Of a DNA stretch of 64,000 bases, positions 50,315 through 59,867 are shown one piece after another; positions within the stretch are counted from its first letter, which is position 1, and each line of letters opens with the position of its first letter. The DNA lies in assembly GCA_027717985.1 (NCBI GenBank), contig JALLOO010000001.1, positions 80,534 through 144,533 on the forward strand, read 5' to 3'. The notes beneath the pieces are model-generated. The model had not been told where the DNA came from. It searched no databases and saw nothing but the letters and a program-made list of their open reading frames with translations. The translations under genes and the position numbers were made by a program. The DNA is from Patescibacteria group bacterium AH-259-L05 (GTDB lineage Bacteria; Patescibacteriota; Patescibacteriia; UBA2591; UBA6264).

Positions 50315-52198
50315 TTAAAAGGTGGATTTTTTATCAATAAATATTTTATTCCAGTGCTCAAAGCACAGTAATGACCAAATGAAAAGGCGGTGATTTGTTT
50401 TGCCAGAGACATGTTCATTTATTATGTTTTCTACAAACGTAGGCTGAAAATAGTTATATATTTTTGCGTTTTTATTCAGAAGCAAATCAGAAATATAGTC
50501 TATGCTTTCCCCCCTAAACCAGGTAGCATCAGGAGCGGAGAACCCCTGTTTTATTTGATTGGTTATGTGAGACGGCACGTAGCGAGACATCGCTTTTCGC
50601 AGAATTATTTTTCCATCTCTCGTCCTTGTTAAGTATCTTTGCAATTCATTCTCGTCTGCCTTTATAACCTTGTTTAGGTTGCGCAATTTAAGTTTTACAG
50701 GAATTTTCATAGCAAATTCTACTAGGTCATTGTCCATGAAGGGAACCCTGCTTTCTAAGCTATGGGCCATACTTAATTTGTCTTCTACAACGAAAAGTCC
50801 ATGGAGAAACGTTTTTATTTCAAAGTATAAAGATTTATTTATGTGATCTTCAGGAGCATATACTTTTTCTTTTTGTTGTTTTATCACATTTTTAAATACG
50901 TCAAATGTTGAATATTTTTTGATTTGTTCTAATGTTTCTGGTTTGAAAAATCGAGATAGGGCATTTTCAGGAACGAGTCGTTGCCAGTAGTGATAGTATT
51001 TTTCTATATATTGATTAGAATCGTGGCTTGCTGCTGCCTTATAGTATCGCCAGGGGTAGCCTGCGAAAAGCTCATCTCCTCCTGCGCCAGATAAAACAAC
51101 TTTTACAAAATTACTTGCCAGCCGGGCAACATAATAGTTAGGATAGCATTGACCAACCCGCAGATCTTCTAAATGCCATATGAGTTTTTCCATAACCCTT
51201 TCCATATCACCAGCCTTAAGCACTACTTCATAGTGTTCGGTTTTATACAAATAAGATAATGCTTCAGCTTTTTTTCTCTCATCAAACCCCAGCTCTAATC
51301 CTGATGCAGAGCTTAAATCAAAGCCGCAGGTAAAGGTACACAGGTGTGGCAGATGCCGACCAGCTACAGAGGTTATGGATCCTGAGTCCATGCCGCCACT
51401 TAGATACGATCCTACCGGAACATCGCTCATAAGTTGTCGTTTCACTGCTTGAGCAAAGAGTCGGTCTAGTTCTTGTATATATTCTTGCTCAGATAAAGGG
51501 TGTGAAGGTTCTTCAAAACGATAATCCCAATAGGTAACCTGTTGAAATGACTTGCCATCATTGCTTTTTATAGTGGCAAACGTACCAGGTGGTAATAGTC
51601 TAATGTTAGAAAATAGCGTTTTGTCAGAAAAAATGTTTTGAAACGTAAAGTATTCAAGAAGTGCAGGAGCGCATACCGCTGCCTTTACTCGAGGATCTTC
51701 AAGAATAGCTTTTATTTCTGAAGCAAAAATAAAAGTATTATTTTTAAAATAGTAATACAGGGGCTTTATCCCATATCTATCTCTTGCTAAAAATAGTTTT
51801 TTATTTTTTTCATCCCAGATTGCAAACGCAAACATGCCATTGAATTTATCCAAACATTTTTCCTTCCATTGTTCATACGCGTGAAGAATGACTTCAGAAT
51901 CTGTATTTGATATAAATGTGTGTCCTTTATTTTCTAATATTTTTTTTAACTCTTTAAAATTATAGATTTCTCCATTATAAACTAACCATAGTGTTTTATC
52001 TTCATTGGTCATTGGCTGACGGCCAAGCTCGGTTAGATCAATAATTGATAACCGCCTATGTCCTAATCCAACATTAGCATTAATATAAATACCTTTATCA
52101 TCGGGTCCTCGATGAATCATAGTATCGCGCATTTTTTCTATATTTTCTGCTGATACTTTTTTTCCATCCAAATTTATTTTACCAATGATTCCACACAT
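50315..52198 (-). CDS. asnB: Asparagine synthase (glutamine-hydrolysing) family amidotransferase
   Basis: MCGIIGK (Ntn Cys2) and the PP-loop SGGMDSGS. 627 aa. Confidence 0.85.
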   Translation of the reverse strand: MCGIIGKINLDGKKVSAENIEKMRDTMIHRGPDDKGIYINANVGLGHRRLSIIDLTELGRQPMTNEDKTLWLVYNGEIYNFKELKKILENKGHTFISNTDSEVILHAYEQWKEKCLDKFNGMFAFAIWDEKNKKLFLARDRYGIKPLYYYFKNNTFIFASEIKAILEDPRVKAAVCAPALLEYFTFQNIFSDKTLFSNIRLLPPGTFATIKSNDGKSFQQVTYWDYRFEEPSHPLSEQEYIQELDRLFAQAVKRQLMSDVPVGSYLSGGMDSGSITSVAGRHLPHLCTFTCGFDLSSASGLELGFDERKKAEALSYLYKTEHYEVVLKAGDMERVMEKLIWHLEDLRVGQCYPNYYVARLASNFVKVVLSGAGGDELFAGYPWRYYKAAASHDSNQYIEKYYHYWQRLVPENALSRFFKPETLEQIKKYSTFDVFKNVIKQQKEKVYAPEDHINKSLYFEIKTFLHGLFVVEDKLSMAHSLESRVPFMDNDLVEFAMKIPVKLKLRNLNKVIKADENELQRYLTRTRDGKIILRKAMSRYVPSHITNQIKQGFSAPDATWFRGESIDYISDLLLNKNAKIYNYFQPTFVENIINEHVSGKTNHRLFIWSLLCFEHWNKIFIDKKSTF

Positions 52199-53369
52199 TT
52201 TTTATGTTTGTTATAAGATAATTAAATTCTTTATTGGTCATTTGAGGATAAAATGGCAAGGCTACTGATAATCTGTCAGCAACTAAAGCGTTTGGGAAGT
52301 CAGTTAAGGCAATATTATATTTTTTCTTATAATAATTTGTGGTATGAACAGCATGTGTTCCTGGTCGTGCTGCAATACCAACTTTTTCGAGTCTATCCAT
52401 AAATTTATTTCTTTTTTGATATAGCGATGATAGTTTTCCTATATTAAGCCCACCGCTTTTATTAAATGGCGATTCAGGCCAGAAAAGACACACAAAAGCT
52501 TGGTAGCCATGAATATAGTTTTTTAGGACGATTGGCGGCTTGAGCCAAGGAAACTGTTTTAAGGAGGAGTAAAGTTTTTTAGCTAAAGCCTTTTTCTTTT
52601 TAAGGATTTGAAAAAGTTTTTTTACTTGTTCAATGCCAATTGCTCCTTGGATATCAGTCATGCGGTAGTTATATCCGCGAATATTAAAGTCGGGCAAAAG
52701 ATAGCCAGCTTTTTTATGTCTTTGAAGATCTGATTTAGAAGCGCCATGATCGCGAAGCGCATTTACCATGTTAGCAATTTTTTTGCTGTTGGTTAAGATC
52801 ATCCCGCCCTCGCCACAAGTTATAGATTTTCGAGGGTGAAAGCTTAAGCATCCTGCATCTCCCATAGCTCCAGCATGTTTTTTATAGTAGAAGCCGCCTA
52901 TAGCGCAGGCTGCGTCTTCAATAACTTTCAGTTTATACTGACGAGCTATTTTTAAAATCGGTCTCATATCAGCACAAAGACCAAAAAGGTGAACCGGCAT
53001 GATAGCTTTTGTTTTTTTAGTTACTTTTTCTTCTATTTTCGCTGGATCTATATTAAAGGTGTTGAGATCAATATCAACAAAAATAGGCGTAGCGCCCACA
53101 TATTCAACAGCGTTTACTGATGCAATATAGGTAAAAGAAGGAACAATAACCTCATCTCCTTGTCCAATGCCAGTAGCTATTAAAGCGAGGTGAAGAGCCG
53201 TGGTGCAAGAAGTGGTTGCTTTAGCATACTTAACTTTAGTAAATTGAGCTATTTTTTTTTCAAATGTAGCTACTTTGGGTCCCTGTACTACCCAACCGCT
53301 CTTGAGCGGTTCCTGAACTGCTTGTAGTTCTTTATTGTCAAACCAAGGCTTAGTAATAGGGATTTTCAT
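52179..53369 (-). CDS. DegT/DnrJ/EryC1/StrS-family sugar aminotransferase
   Basis: VIEDAACAIGG and FHPRKSITCGEGG. Confidence 0.85.
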   Translation of the reverse strand: MKIPITKPWFDNKELQAVQEPLKSGWVVQGPKVATFEKKIAQFTKVKYAKATTSCTTALHLALIATGIGQGDEVIVPSFTYIASVNAVEYVGATPIFVDIDLNTFNIDPAKIEEKVTKKTKAIMPVHLFGLCADMRPILKIARQYKLKVIEDAACAIGGFYYKKHAGAMGDAGCLSFHPRKSITCGEGGMILTNSKKIANMVNALRDHGASKSDLQRHKKAGYLLPDFNIRGYNYRMTDIQGAIGIEQVKKLFQILKKKKALAKKLYSSLKQFPWLKPPIVLKNYIHGYQAFVCLFWPESPFNKSGGLNIGKLSSLYQKRNKFMDRLEKVGIAARPGTHAVHTTNYYKKKYNIALTDFPNALVADRLSVALPFYPQMTNKEFNYLITNIKNVWNHW

Positions 53370-53380
53370 ATGTATATAAT

Positions 53381-54352
53381 TTAGTTATTGAGAAGCTTTT
53401 TAGATACTTGACTATCTCGCCACTTAATTACTTCTTCAATCCCTTCATCTAGTTGTATTTTTGTTTTAAACCTTAGGTCTTTTTCAGCTTTATTAGTTGA
53501 GCCTATTCGATGGGTTACAAAGGTTAACCCTTGGGGTAGATATTGTATTTTTTGTTTTGAGTTAGTGATTTTTAAAATGAGTTTAACCAATTCTTTAATA
53601 GTAGTTCTCGTACCTGCGCCAATGTTATAAAATTCATCTGTTTTATTGCTTTTTAAAGCCAGAATGTTTGCTCGAGCTACATCAGCAACATGAATAAAGT
53701 CATAGGACTGAGATCCGTCACCATAAATTTGTGGTGGTTTATTTTTGTAGAGTCGATCAAGGACCTTCATAATCACAGAAGTATACACACTTTTATAATC
53801 CTGGCGAGAACCATATATATTCATATAGCGCAGTCCAACGTGGTTAAGTCCATAACGTTCATTGAAAGCTCGACACATCTGTTCACCAGCAACTTTTGTT
53901 GCTCCATAAAAGGTTCGATTATTAAAAGGGTGGTCTTCAGTCATAGGAATCTCTAAGGCATTTCCATAAACTGATGCTGAGGAAGAGTAAATCAATTTTT
54001 TGATTTTGTTTTTTAAGCATGCTTCAATCACATTAAAGGTGCCTCGAACATTAACCTCAAAAGCAGCCCGAGGATAATCATAGCAATGTTTGAGCCAGAG
54101 TGCAGCTAGGTGAAATACATAATCTTTTCCTTTGAGCACAGTGTTGAGTACATCAGTGAAGAGAATATCTTCTTTTAATAAGGTAACGCGCTTGTCTCTA
54201 AGTGCATTTTTAAGATTATCTTCTGTGCCTCGAGTGAGATTGTCATATACAACAATTTCTTTAACTGGTTCTTTAAGTAATTGGTCAACTAAATGAGAAC
54301 CAGTAAATCCTGCTCCTCCAATGACCACAATTTTTGTATTTTTTAATTCCAT
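53381..54352 (-). CDS. NAD-dependent nucleotide-sugar epimerase/dehydratase
   Basis: IVVIGGAGFTGSHL and YGATKVAGEQ (YxxxK). I prefer the start at ATG 54352 (MELKNTK) because the predicted -10 overlaps the longer ORF's start. Confidence 0.8.
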   Translation of the reverse strand: MELKNTKIVVIGGAGFTGSHLVDQLLKEPVKEIVVYDNLTRGTEDNLKNALRDKRVTLLKEDILFTDVLNTVLKGKDYVFHLAALWLKHCYDYPRAAFEVNVRGTFNVIEACLKNKIKKLIYSSSASVYGNALEIPMTEDHPFNNRTFYGATKVAGEQMCRAFNERYGLNHVGLRYMNIYGSRQDYKSVYTSVIMKVLDRLYKNKPPQIYGDGSQSYDFIHVADVARANILALKSNKTDEFYNIGAGTRTTIKELVKLILKITNSKQKIQYLPQGLTFVTHRIGSTNKAEKDLRFKTKIQLDEGIEEVIKWRDSQVSKKLLNN

Positions 54353-54401
54353 AAAAAGATGTTCCTTATGTTCGTCTTGTTTTGATCCACCTCCCTTTAT
54401 T

Positions 54402-54431
54402 AGTATATACATTTTAAGGCCAAATTGTCAA
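54402..54431 (-). promoter_or_regulatory. Predicted internal promoter (TTGACA-18-TATACT)
   Basis: On the minus strand, -35 is at 54431-54426 and -10 at 54407-54402, in the 97-nt gap after the wzx-like gene. Confidence 0.4.
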
Positions 54432-54449
54432 GATTAGTCTTGTATCTTT

Positions 54450-56003
54450 TTAGCCTCGTTTTTGCTGGTTTTGTATGGAATAAAACAATTTATTTTTTAC
54501 CGCAGTAAGTATCTCTTTATCTTCAGGAGGGAATACATTCATTTTGTTAAGGATAAATAAATAACATATGAATGTTAATAAAGATATTATACCTATCATT
54601 ATAATGTTTTCTACAACAATATAATTTTTAGTAATATAAAATACAGATATAAATAAAAACAATCCAACCACAAATGTTTTTAAATATTGGGAGCTAAAAG
54701 GATGTATATTTTTTTTAATTTTTAAATATAAGAGAGCCATCAGTTCTATCACAAGGGAAGAAAATGCAAGTGAAAGCGCTGCGCCAGTAATACCGAGCCG
54801 GGGAATCAATAGCAACATAAGCGAAATATTAAGCAACGCTCCAATTATAGAGATGACTAGAATAAATTTTGTTTTTCCAAATACATTAAGAAGTTCTCCT
54901 ACAGAGCCGCTTAAAACGTTTATAAACATTCCAACAGATAATATCATTAACGGGAGAGCAGCAGGCAAAAATTGTGCGCCGAAAAGAGTTCTTAAAATTA
55001 ATTCTGGGAAAAAGAAAAAGAAAAAAAATAAAGGCAATGTAATGGTTGTTGCCCACCGCGCAATATTTTTATATATAAGTTCAATTTCTTTTAATTTGTT
55101 TTTTCCATGCAGATCGGTGGCAACCGGCATAATAATTCTATTCGTTGCGTAGAGAAACGAGGGTAAGAGTATAGCAATGGGCAGGGCCGCGCTATAAAAA
55201 CCTACTTCTTGAGTTGAGAGAAAAAATCCTATGAGTAGAATATCAGCTCTTTGTCTGAATATATCGACAATAAGTGATCCAGCCAATGGAAGGGAAAAAG
55301 AAACCATTTCACCAGACGCACTTTTTGCCCTTACTTTTTTTATACTTGAGTATAATTTACTTTTCCTAATAACAAGAATTGCTAATACGGTGACAAATAT
55401 GAGCGGAATTAAGTATGAGTATGGAGTATAGTAAATCGAAAATCCAAAGATTATAAGTCCTAGTAAAATCATCAATCTTAAAAGAAGGTTAAGTATATTA
55501 TCATGAATAATAATATTTTTCATGCTTTTCATTCCTCTAAATATTCCCAGAATATAGTTAAATACTGAAAGAATAGGGATAGTTATGGCAAATATTTTAA
55601 TTATAGATATAAGGTTTTGGTTTTTAAAAATATGGGTTGAAATCCATGTAGCGTTTATATAGATTAAGCTTGCGAAAATAATACTGGTAATTATTATTAT
55701 TTTTGCCCCAAATATAAGTCCGCCCTTAAGTTTTTCATAATTTTTTTTTGCCCGAAATAAGGGTATAAATCGAGCAATACCTATATCAAGTCCTAGTAAA
55801 GAAATACTCGCACATGTTATCAAAACTGCCGTTCCCAAGCTAAACATACCATACGCAGAAGGGCCGTAATAACGGCCCATTACTATTTTAAATGTATAGT
55901 TGAACAAGATTCCTACAATTGTTCCAATAAGAATGATTCCAGCTCCTTTCACAACCTCATTATATGGTTGTATAGAAGGGAGACGATTTTTGTTATTTTG
56001 CAT
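54450..56003 (-). CDS. wzx: Wzx-type polysaccharide flippase (MOP superfamily)
   Basis: 517 aa with about 14 TM helices and the typical polysaccharide_biosynthesis-protein layout. Overlaps wecB by 11 nt. Confidence 0.75.
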   Translation of the reverse strand: MQNNKNRLPSIQPYNEVVKGAGIILIGTIVGILFNYTFKIVMGRYYGPSAYGMFSLGTAVLITCASISLLGLDIGIARFIPLFRAKKNYEKLKGGLIFGAKIIIITSIIFASLIYINATWISTHIFKNQNLISIIKIFAITIPILSVFNYILGIFRGMKSMKNIIIHDNILNLLLRLMILLGLIIFGFSIYYTPYSYLIPLIFVTVLAILVIRKSKLYSSIKKVRAKSASGEMVSFSLPLAGSLIVDIFRQRADILLIGFFLSTQEVGFYSAALPIAILLPSFLYATNRIIMPVATDLHGKNKLKEIELIYKNIARWATTITLPLFFFFFFFPELILRTLFGAQFLPAALPLMILSVGMFINVLSGSVGELLNVFGKTKFILVISIIGALLNISLMLLLIPRLGITGAALSLAFSSLVIELMALLYLKIKKNIHPFSSQYLKTFVVGLFLFISVFYITKNYIVVENIIMIGIISLLTFICYLFILNKMNVFPPEDKEILTAVKNKLFYSIQNQQKRG

Positions 56004-57135
56004 ATTCGTGTTGATGAATAATTTTTACAATTCGCTGCGCTGTTTTTCCATCCCAATACTTGGGAGATTTTCCTTTTTTGCCACGACCCGATAAGATTTT
56101 ATTTATCTCCCTTATAATTCTATTTTTGTTTGTTCCAACAACAATGTTAGTTCCAATCCCTACGGTTACGGGTCTTTCAGTATTTTCTCGAATCGTGAGA
56201 CAGGGGATTTTCAGAATGGTAGTTTCTTCGGTAATCCCGCCGCTATCAGTGATAACAAACTTACTACTTGCCATGAGTGAGAGTATATCAATATAGTTGA
56301 TGGGCGGAATTAAAATTAGGTTTTTTATATTTTTAATCCACTTCTCAAGTCCGAATTCTTGTATTCTTTTTTTTGCTCGTGGATGAACTGGATAGATTAT
56401 TTTTATTTGTTTTTGAATTTCTTTAAAGGCAGAAAATAATTCCTTAAGTGTTTTTTTATTGTCAACGTTACTCGGACGATGAAGCGTTAAAATAGCATAT
56501 TCTTTTGGCTTTACATTAAGCTGGTTTAATATTTTTAGTTTTTGTTTTGCATTTTTAATTTTTGGTAATTGATTTTTTAATGTGTCTATCATTATATTGC
56601 CAACATAAAATATTTTTTTTCTCGGAATTCCTTCATTGGTAAGATTGGTAATACCGATTGGATCGCTTACAAAAAGATAATCTGCAATGTGATCAGTAAG
56701 GAGGCGGTTAAATTCTTCGGGCATAGTTCGGTCAAAACTTCGAAGACCTGCTTCTATATGTGCGACAGGAATCTGTAGTTTGGCAGCTACGAGTGCTCCT
56801 GCAAGTGTTGAATTAACATCGCCAACCACAATAACCAGTTGTGGTTTTTCTTTTAAACAGACCTTTTCGAATGCAATCATTATTTTACCAGTTTGGGTGC
56901 CGTGTAGATCTGATCCAACACCGAGGTTGTAATAAGGGTTTGGTATATTCAAGTCTTTAAAAAATACTTTAGACATTTTAAAATCGTAATGCTGTCCAGT
57001 ATGAACCAAAATTGTTTTAAATTGAGGATATTTTTTAAATTGAGGATATTTTTCAAATTCTTCAAGTAATGGGGCAATTTTAATAAAATTTGGTCGTGCG
57101 CCAACAACACATATAATTTTTGTCCTTTTAGGCAT
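55993..57135 (-). CDS. wecB: UDP-N-acetylglucosamine 2-epimerase (non-hydrolysing)
   Basis: VHTGQHYD, VGDVNSTLAG and DSGGITEE. Contains a KYPQFK x2 duplication. Confidence 0.85.
   Translation of the reverse strand: MPKRTKIICVVGARPNFIKIAPLLEEFEKYPQFKKYPQFKTILVHTGQHYDFKMSKVFFKDLNIPNPYYNLGVGSDLHGTQTGKIMIAFEKVCLKEKPQLVIVVGDVNSTLAGALVAAKLQIPVAHIEAGLRSFDRTMPEEFNRLLTDHIADYLFVSDPIGITNLTNEGIPRKKIFYVGNIMIDTLKNQLPKIKNAKQKLKILNQLNVKPKEYAILTLHRPSNVDNKKTLKELFSAFKEIQKQIKIIYPVHPRAKKRIQEFGLEKWIKNIKNLILIPPINYIDILSLMASSKFVITDSGGITEETTILKIPCLTIRENTERPVTVGIGTNIVVGTNKNRIIREINKILSGRGKKGKSPKYWDGKTAQRIVKIIHQHEYAK
57017..57052. repeat. Perfect 18-bp tandem duplication (TTAAATTGAGGATATTTT x2) in frame in wecB
   Basis: 57017-57034 is identical to 57035-57052 and encodes KYPQFKKYPQFK. 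Confidence 0.9.
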
Positions 57136-58246
57136 AAAATTTTTTAATTGTTTTTATAATTTTACTCTGGTTTTTATTTGACAATTCTGGGTAGACTGGT
57201 AGTGACAAAATTTCTTTGCTTGCTTGTTCTGCTTCGGGAAAGTCGCCTCTTCGATATCCTAAATCTCGAAATACCGATTGTAAATGTAATGGTACGGGAT
57301 AGTAGATAATCGTAGGAATAGTGTGTTGGTGTAGGTAGGTTTGCAATTTATTTCTCTGTTTTATGCGAATAGTGTATTGGTGATAGGCATGGGTATTATG
57401 CTTTTCGACAAAAGGAGTATGAATTTGTTTTATATTTTTGAGGGCATGATTATATACGGCGGCTTTTTGTTGCCGTGATCTTATCCAGGAGTTTAAATAT
57501 TTTAATTTAACATTGAGAACCGCAGCTTGAAGTGCATCAAGTCGAGAATTTATGCCCAACATATTAGCGACGTATTTTTGATATCTTCCATGAATTCTCA
57601 GTAATTTGATTTTTTCAGCTATTTTTTTATTATTTGTAACGATCATTCCTCCATCACCATAGGCGCCGAGATTTTTAGAAGGGAAAAAAGAAAAGCAGCC
57701 AAAGTCCCCGATTGATCCAATTGGCTTGCCCTTGTATCTGGCTCCGAGCGCTTGGGCTGCATCTTCAATAACTTTGATTTTATATTTTCGAGCAATAGAT
57801 GTGATAGCATCCATGTCTGACGATTGACCATATATGTGGACTGGTATAATTGCTTTTATTTTTTTTCGTCTATTAGGTGAGATGTGTTTAATAGTTTTTT
57901 CAAGTTTATGGGGATCAAGAGTATATGTTTTTGGATCAATATCAACAAAAATTGGCTGAGCCTCGCGAAGTACGATAACGTCAGCGGTTGCGATAAAGGT
58001 AAACGGCGTGGTGATTACCTTGTCGCCAGGACCGATATCGAGTGCCATAAGTGAGAGAAGGAGCGCATCAGTACCAGAATTTAAGCCGATTGCATATTTA
58101 GTGTCGCAATATTTAGCAATTTCTTTTTCAAATTTTTCTACTTCTTTACCCAAAATAAACTGACCACTGTTTAGAACGTTTTGGATGGCTTGGTTAATTT
58201 CTTTTTTAATTGACCTATATTGAGCGTTAAGATCAAGATATTTCAT
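57128..58246 (-). CDS. DegT/DnrJ/EryC1/StrS-family sugar aminotransferase
   Basis: VIEDAAQALGA and FFPSKNLGAYGDGG. Confidence 0.85.
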   Translation of the reverse strand: MKYLDLNAQYRSIKKEINQAIQNVLNSGQFILGKEVEKFEKEIAKYCDTKYAIGLNSGTDALLLSLMALDIGPGDKVITTPFTFIATADVIVLREAQPIFVDIDPKTYTLDPHKLEKTIKHISPNRRKKIKAIIPVHIYGQSSDMDAITSIARKYKIKVIEDAAQALGARYKGKPIGSIGDFGCFSFFPSKNLGAYGDGGMIVTNNKKIAEKIKLLRIHGRYQKYVANMLGINSRLDALQAAVLNVKLKYLNSWIRSRQQKAAVYNHALKNIKQIHTPFVEKHNTHAYHQYTIRIKQRNKLQTYLHQHTIPTIIYYPVPLHLQSVFRDLGYRRGDFPEAEQASKEILSLPVYPELSNKNQSKIIKTIKKFYA

Positions 58247-58401
58247 AGCTATTATTTAATTTTTATTAGTTTGCCATTTGTATTTAAAGATTTTTGACAG
58301 GCATCGAGTATATTAAGTATCTTAGAAGTTTTCTCTCCTTAATCAAGTCATGCCATGAACATAAACAGTTTTGGGCATAAGTTAATATTAAAAATTGAAG
58401 A

Positions 58402-58650
58402 TTACCAATCTTCAATAATTTTTTTTGTTTTATTTTTTAATTTATGATATATGCTGGCGGTTTTCCTCTCAGCTTTTGGCGAGATTAATCTTAATATTTC
58501 TGCTCCTACAATTTTATATCTACCGCCAACTTTATTGGCTCTGATAATACCTTTTTTTAGCCAACGTTTAATTGTACTTTCACTTATTTTTAAAAAATTT
58601 CTGGCTTCTTTTGTAGTATAAATTTTATTTGGTTTAATTTCATCCATCAT
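58402..58650 (-). CDS. Excisionase/MerR-superfamily helix-turn-helix DNA-binding protein
   Basis: YTTKEARNFLKISESTIKRWLKKGIIRANKVGGRYKI matches the excisionase-family HTH signature. 82 aa. Confidence 0.65.
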   Translation of the reverse strand: MMDEIKPNKIYTTKEARNFLKISESTIKRWLKKGIIRANKVGGRYKIVGAEILRLISPKAERKTASIYHKLKNKTKKIIEDW

Positions 58651-58667
58651 AACGATTTAATTGAAAA

Positions 58668-58696
58668 TCAAGGTTCTGACGAAGTCAGGTTCTTAT
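58668..58696 (-). repeat. Family-B repeat core in the 5' leader of the HTH gene
   Basis: The plus strand reads TCAAGGTTCTGACGAAGTCAGGTTCTTAT, the reverse complement of 82-110. It lies 18 nt upstream of the ATG at 58650. Confidence 0.85.
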
Positions 58697-58722
58697 AAAG
58701 AGACACCCATTAACCTTAGATT

Positions 58723-58751
58723 ATTATATCAAAGGTGTCAATAGGTGTCAA
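58723..58751 (-). promoter_or_regulatory. Perfect consensus sigma70 promoter TTGACA-17-TATAAT
   Basis: On the minus strand, -35 is at 58751-58746 and -10 at 58728-58723. Probable start of the 58.6-to-22.9-kb transcription unit(s). Confidence 0.6.
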
Positions 58752-58770
58752 CAGGTATCAACAGGTTTAT
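58731..58770. repeat. Four 10-bp phased direct repeats (AAAGGTGTCA ATAGGTGTCA ACAGGTATCA ACAGGTTTAT) overlapping the -35
   Basis: Helical-phase spacing of the A-GGT-TCA core, directly upstream of and overlapping the consensus promoter. Confidence 0.75.
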
Positions 58771-58883
58771 AAGTGGAAAACTTTTTTATATTTTCTGTTC
58801 TTTATTGCATCTCTAGCAGCAAACACCGTAGCAGTTTTTTGAACAATTTTGATTGTAATTAAATCCAGAATGATTAGCTAAAA

Positions 58884-59867
58884 TTAAAACACAATCATAA
58901 TTTTTAAAGATTTGCGGAGTACTTTACTAGATTTTATGTCCAACAATACCCCAACAAAAGCGCCACCAAGGGCTAATGATATTGAAACAATATGGATTAG
59001 GAAACTGTAAATAACAGCATCATGTTTAGCAACCCCAATCAAGAGTAATCCAAGAGTCAAACCTCCTTCTTTGTAACCAAAACCACCAATGGTGTTTAAA
59101 GGAATTAATCCTGCAACTACAGATATAGAAGCAATGAGTATTGCTTCGCCATATGAAATTGCTAAACCAATAGATATACAAAACAATTGAACCATTAAAA
59201 AATTTGAACCCCAAAATAGAACTGTGGTAATAAACAATTGTTTTTTCTTTTTTTTATTAATTTTTAAAGCTTCTGATATAGAATACAAGTTATTATTAAT
59301 TTTTTTCAACCATTTATTTTTATCAGAAACCAGTTTATTTGAAAGATTAGCAAATACTTTAACTATTTTATTAAGATATTGAATTGATAACCAGGCAATA
59401 AGAGCGATTAAAAAATATCCAATATACAATATTTTTTTATTTTCAATATCAATATTACTAAAAAAAATTAACCCTCCACCTAAAAATAAAGCTATTACCA
59501 AGATATCAAATATTCTTGTGAGTAATATACTTGATAAACCAGTTGAAATTGCTTGATTTGTATTTTTTTTAATTAAGTATGGGAAAGTTAATTCTCCTAT
59601 TCCGCCGGGAAACAACCTTGTATACAAGTTATAAAAAAGGGTTATTCTGAAAATATCAAGTATTTTCAAACGAACCGCCAAACTATAGTTAAATCTAATT
59701 GCCCTTATTAAACTTGAAATAAATGTAAACAAAAAAGCAATAATCATCAATGGATAATTGATTTTTAATTTAAAGTCTTGAATTCTACCAAGATCAATTT
59801 GTTTAACTAGCAAGACAATTATAATAATAGAAAATATTGTTCCAAATATTATTTTTTTCCTTTTCAT
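58884..59867 (-). CDS. Flippase-like / LPG-synthase-TM (UPF0104) family membrane protein
   Basis: 327 aa with about 8 TM helices and a basic N-terminus. The layout is typical of UPF0104 proteins found beside glycosyltransferases. Confidence 0.5.
   Translation of the reverse strand: MKRKKIIFGTIFSIIIIVLLVKQIDLGRIQDFKLKINYPLMIIAFLFTFISSLIRAIRFNYSLAVRLKILDIFRITLFYNLYTRLFPGGIGELTFPYLIKKNTNQAISTGLSSILLTRIFDILVIALFLGGGLIFFSNIDIENKKILYIGYFLIALIAWLSIQYLNKIVKVFANLSNKLVSDKNKWLKKINNNLYSISEALKINKKKKKQLFITTVLFWGSNFLMVQLFCISIGLAISYGEAILIASISVVAGLIPLNTIGGFGYKEGGLTLGLLLIGVAKHDAVIYSFLIHIVSISLALGGAFVGVLLDIKSSKVLRKSLKIMIVF

Noticed and set aside
7822-54412. Longer N-terminal extensions offered by the ORF track (7822 rpoB, 15198 ftsK, 21501 AAA ATPase, 22768 antitoxin, 54412 epimerase, 1190 TraD-like)
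   Set aside because: In each case the extension starts at a non-ATG codon or an upstream ATG that overlaps a predicted promoter, a repeat or the preceding gene. The conserved protein begins at the internal ATG.
55006-55029. A-rich tract (GAAAAAGAAAAAGAAAAAAAA) in the wzx-like gene encoding FFFFFFF, as a phase-variation switch
   Set aside because: The longest pure homopolymer is only 8 nt, and poly-Phe is plausible in a TM helix of an AT-rich genome. There is no evidence of length variation from a single sequence.
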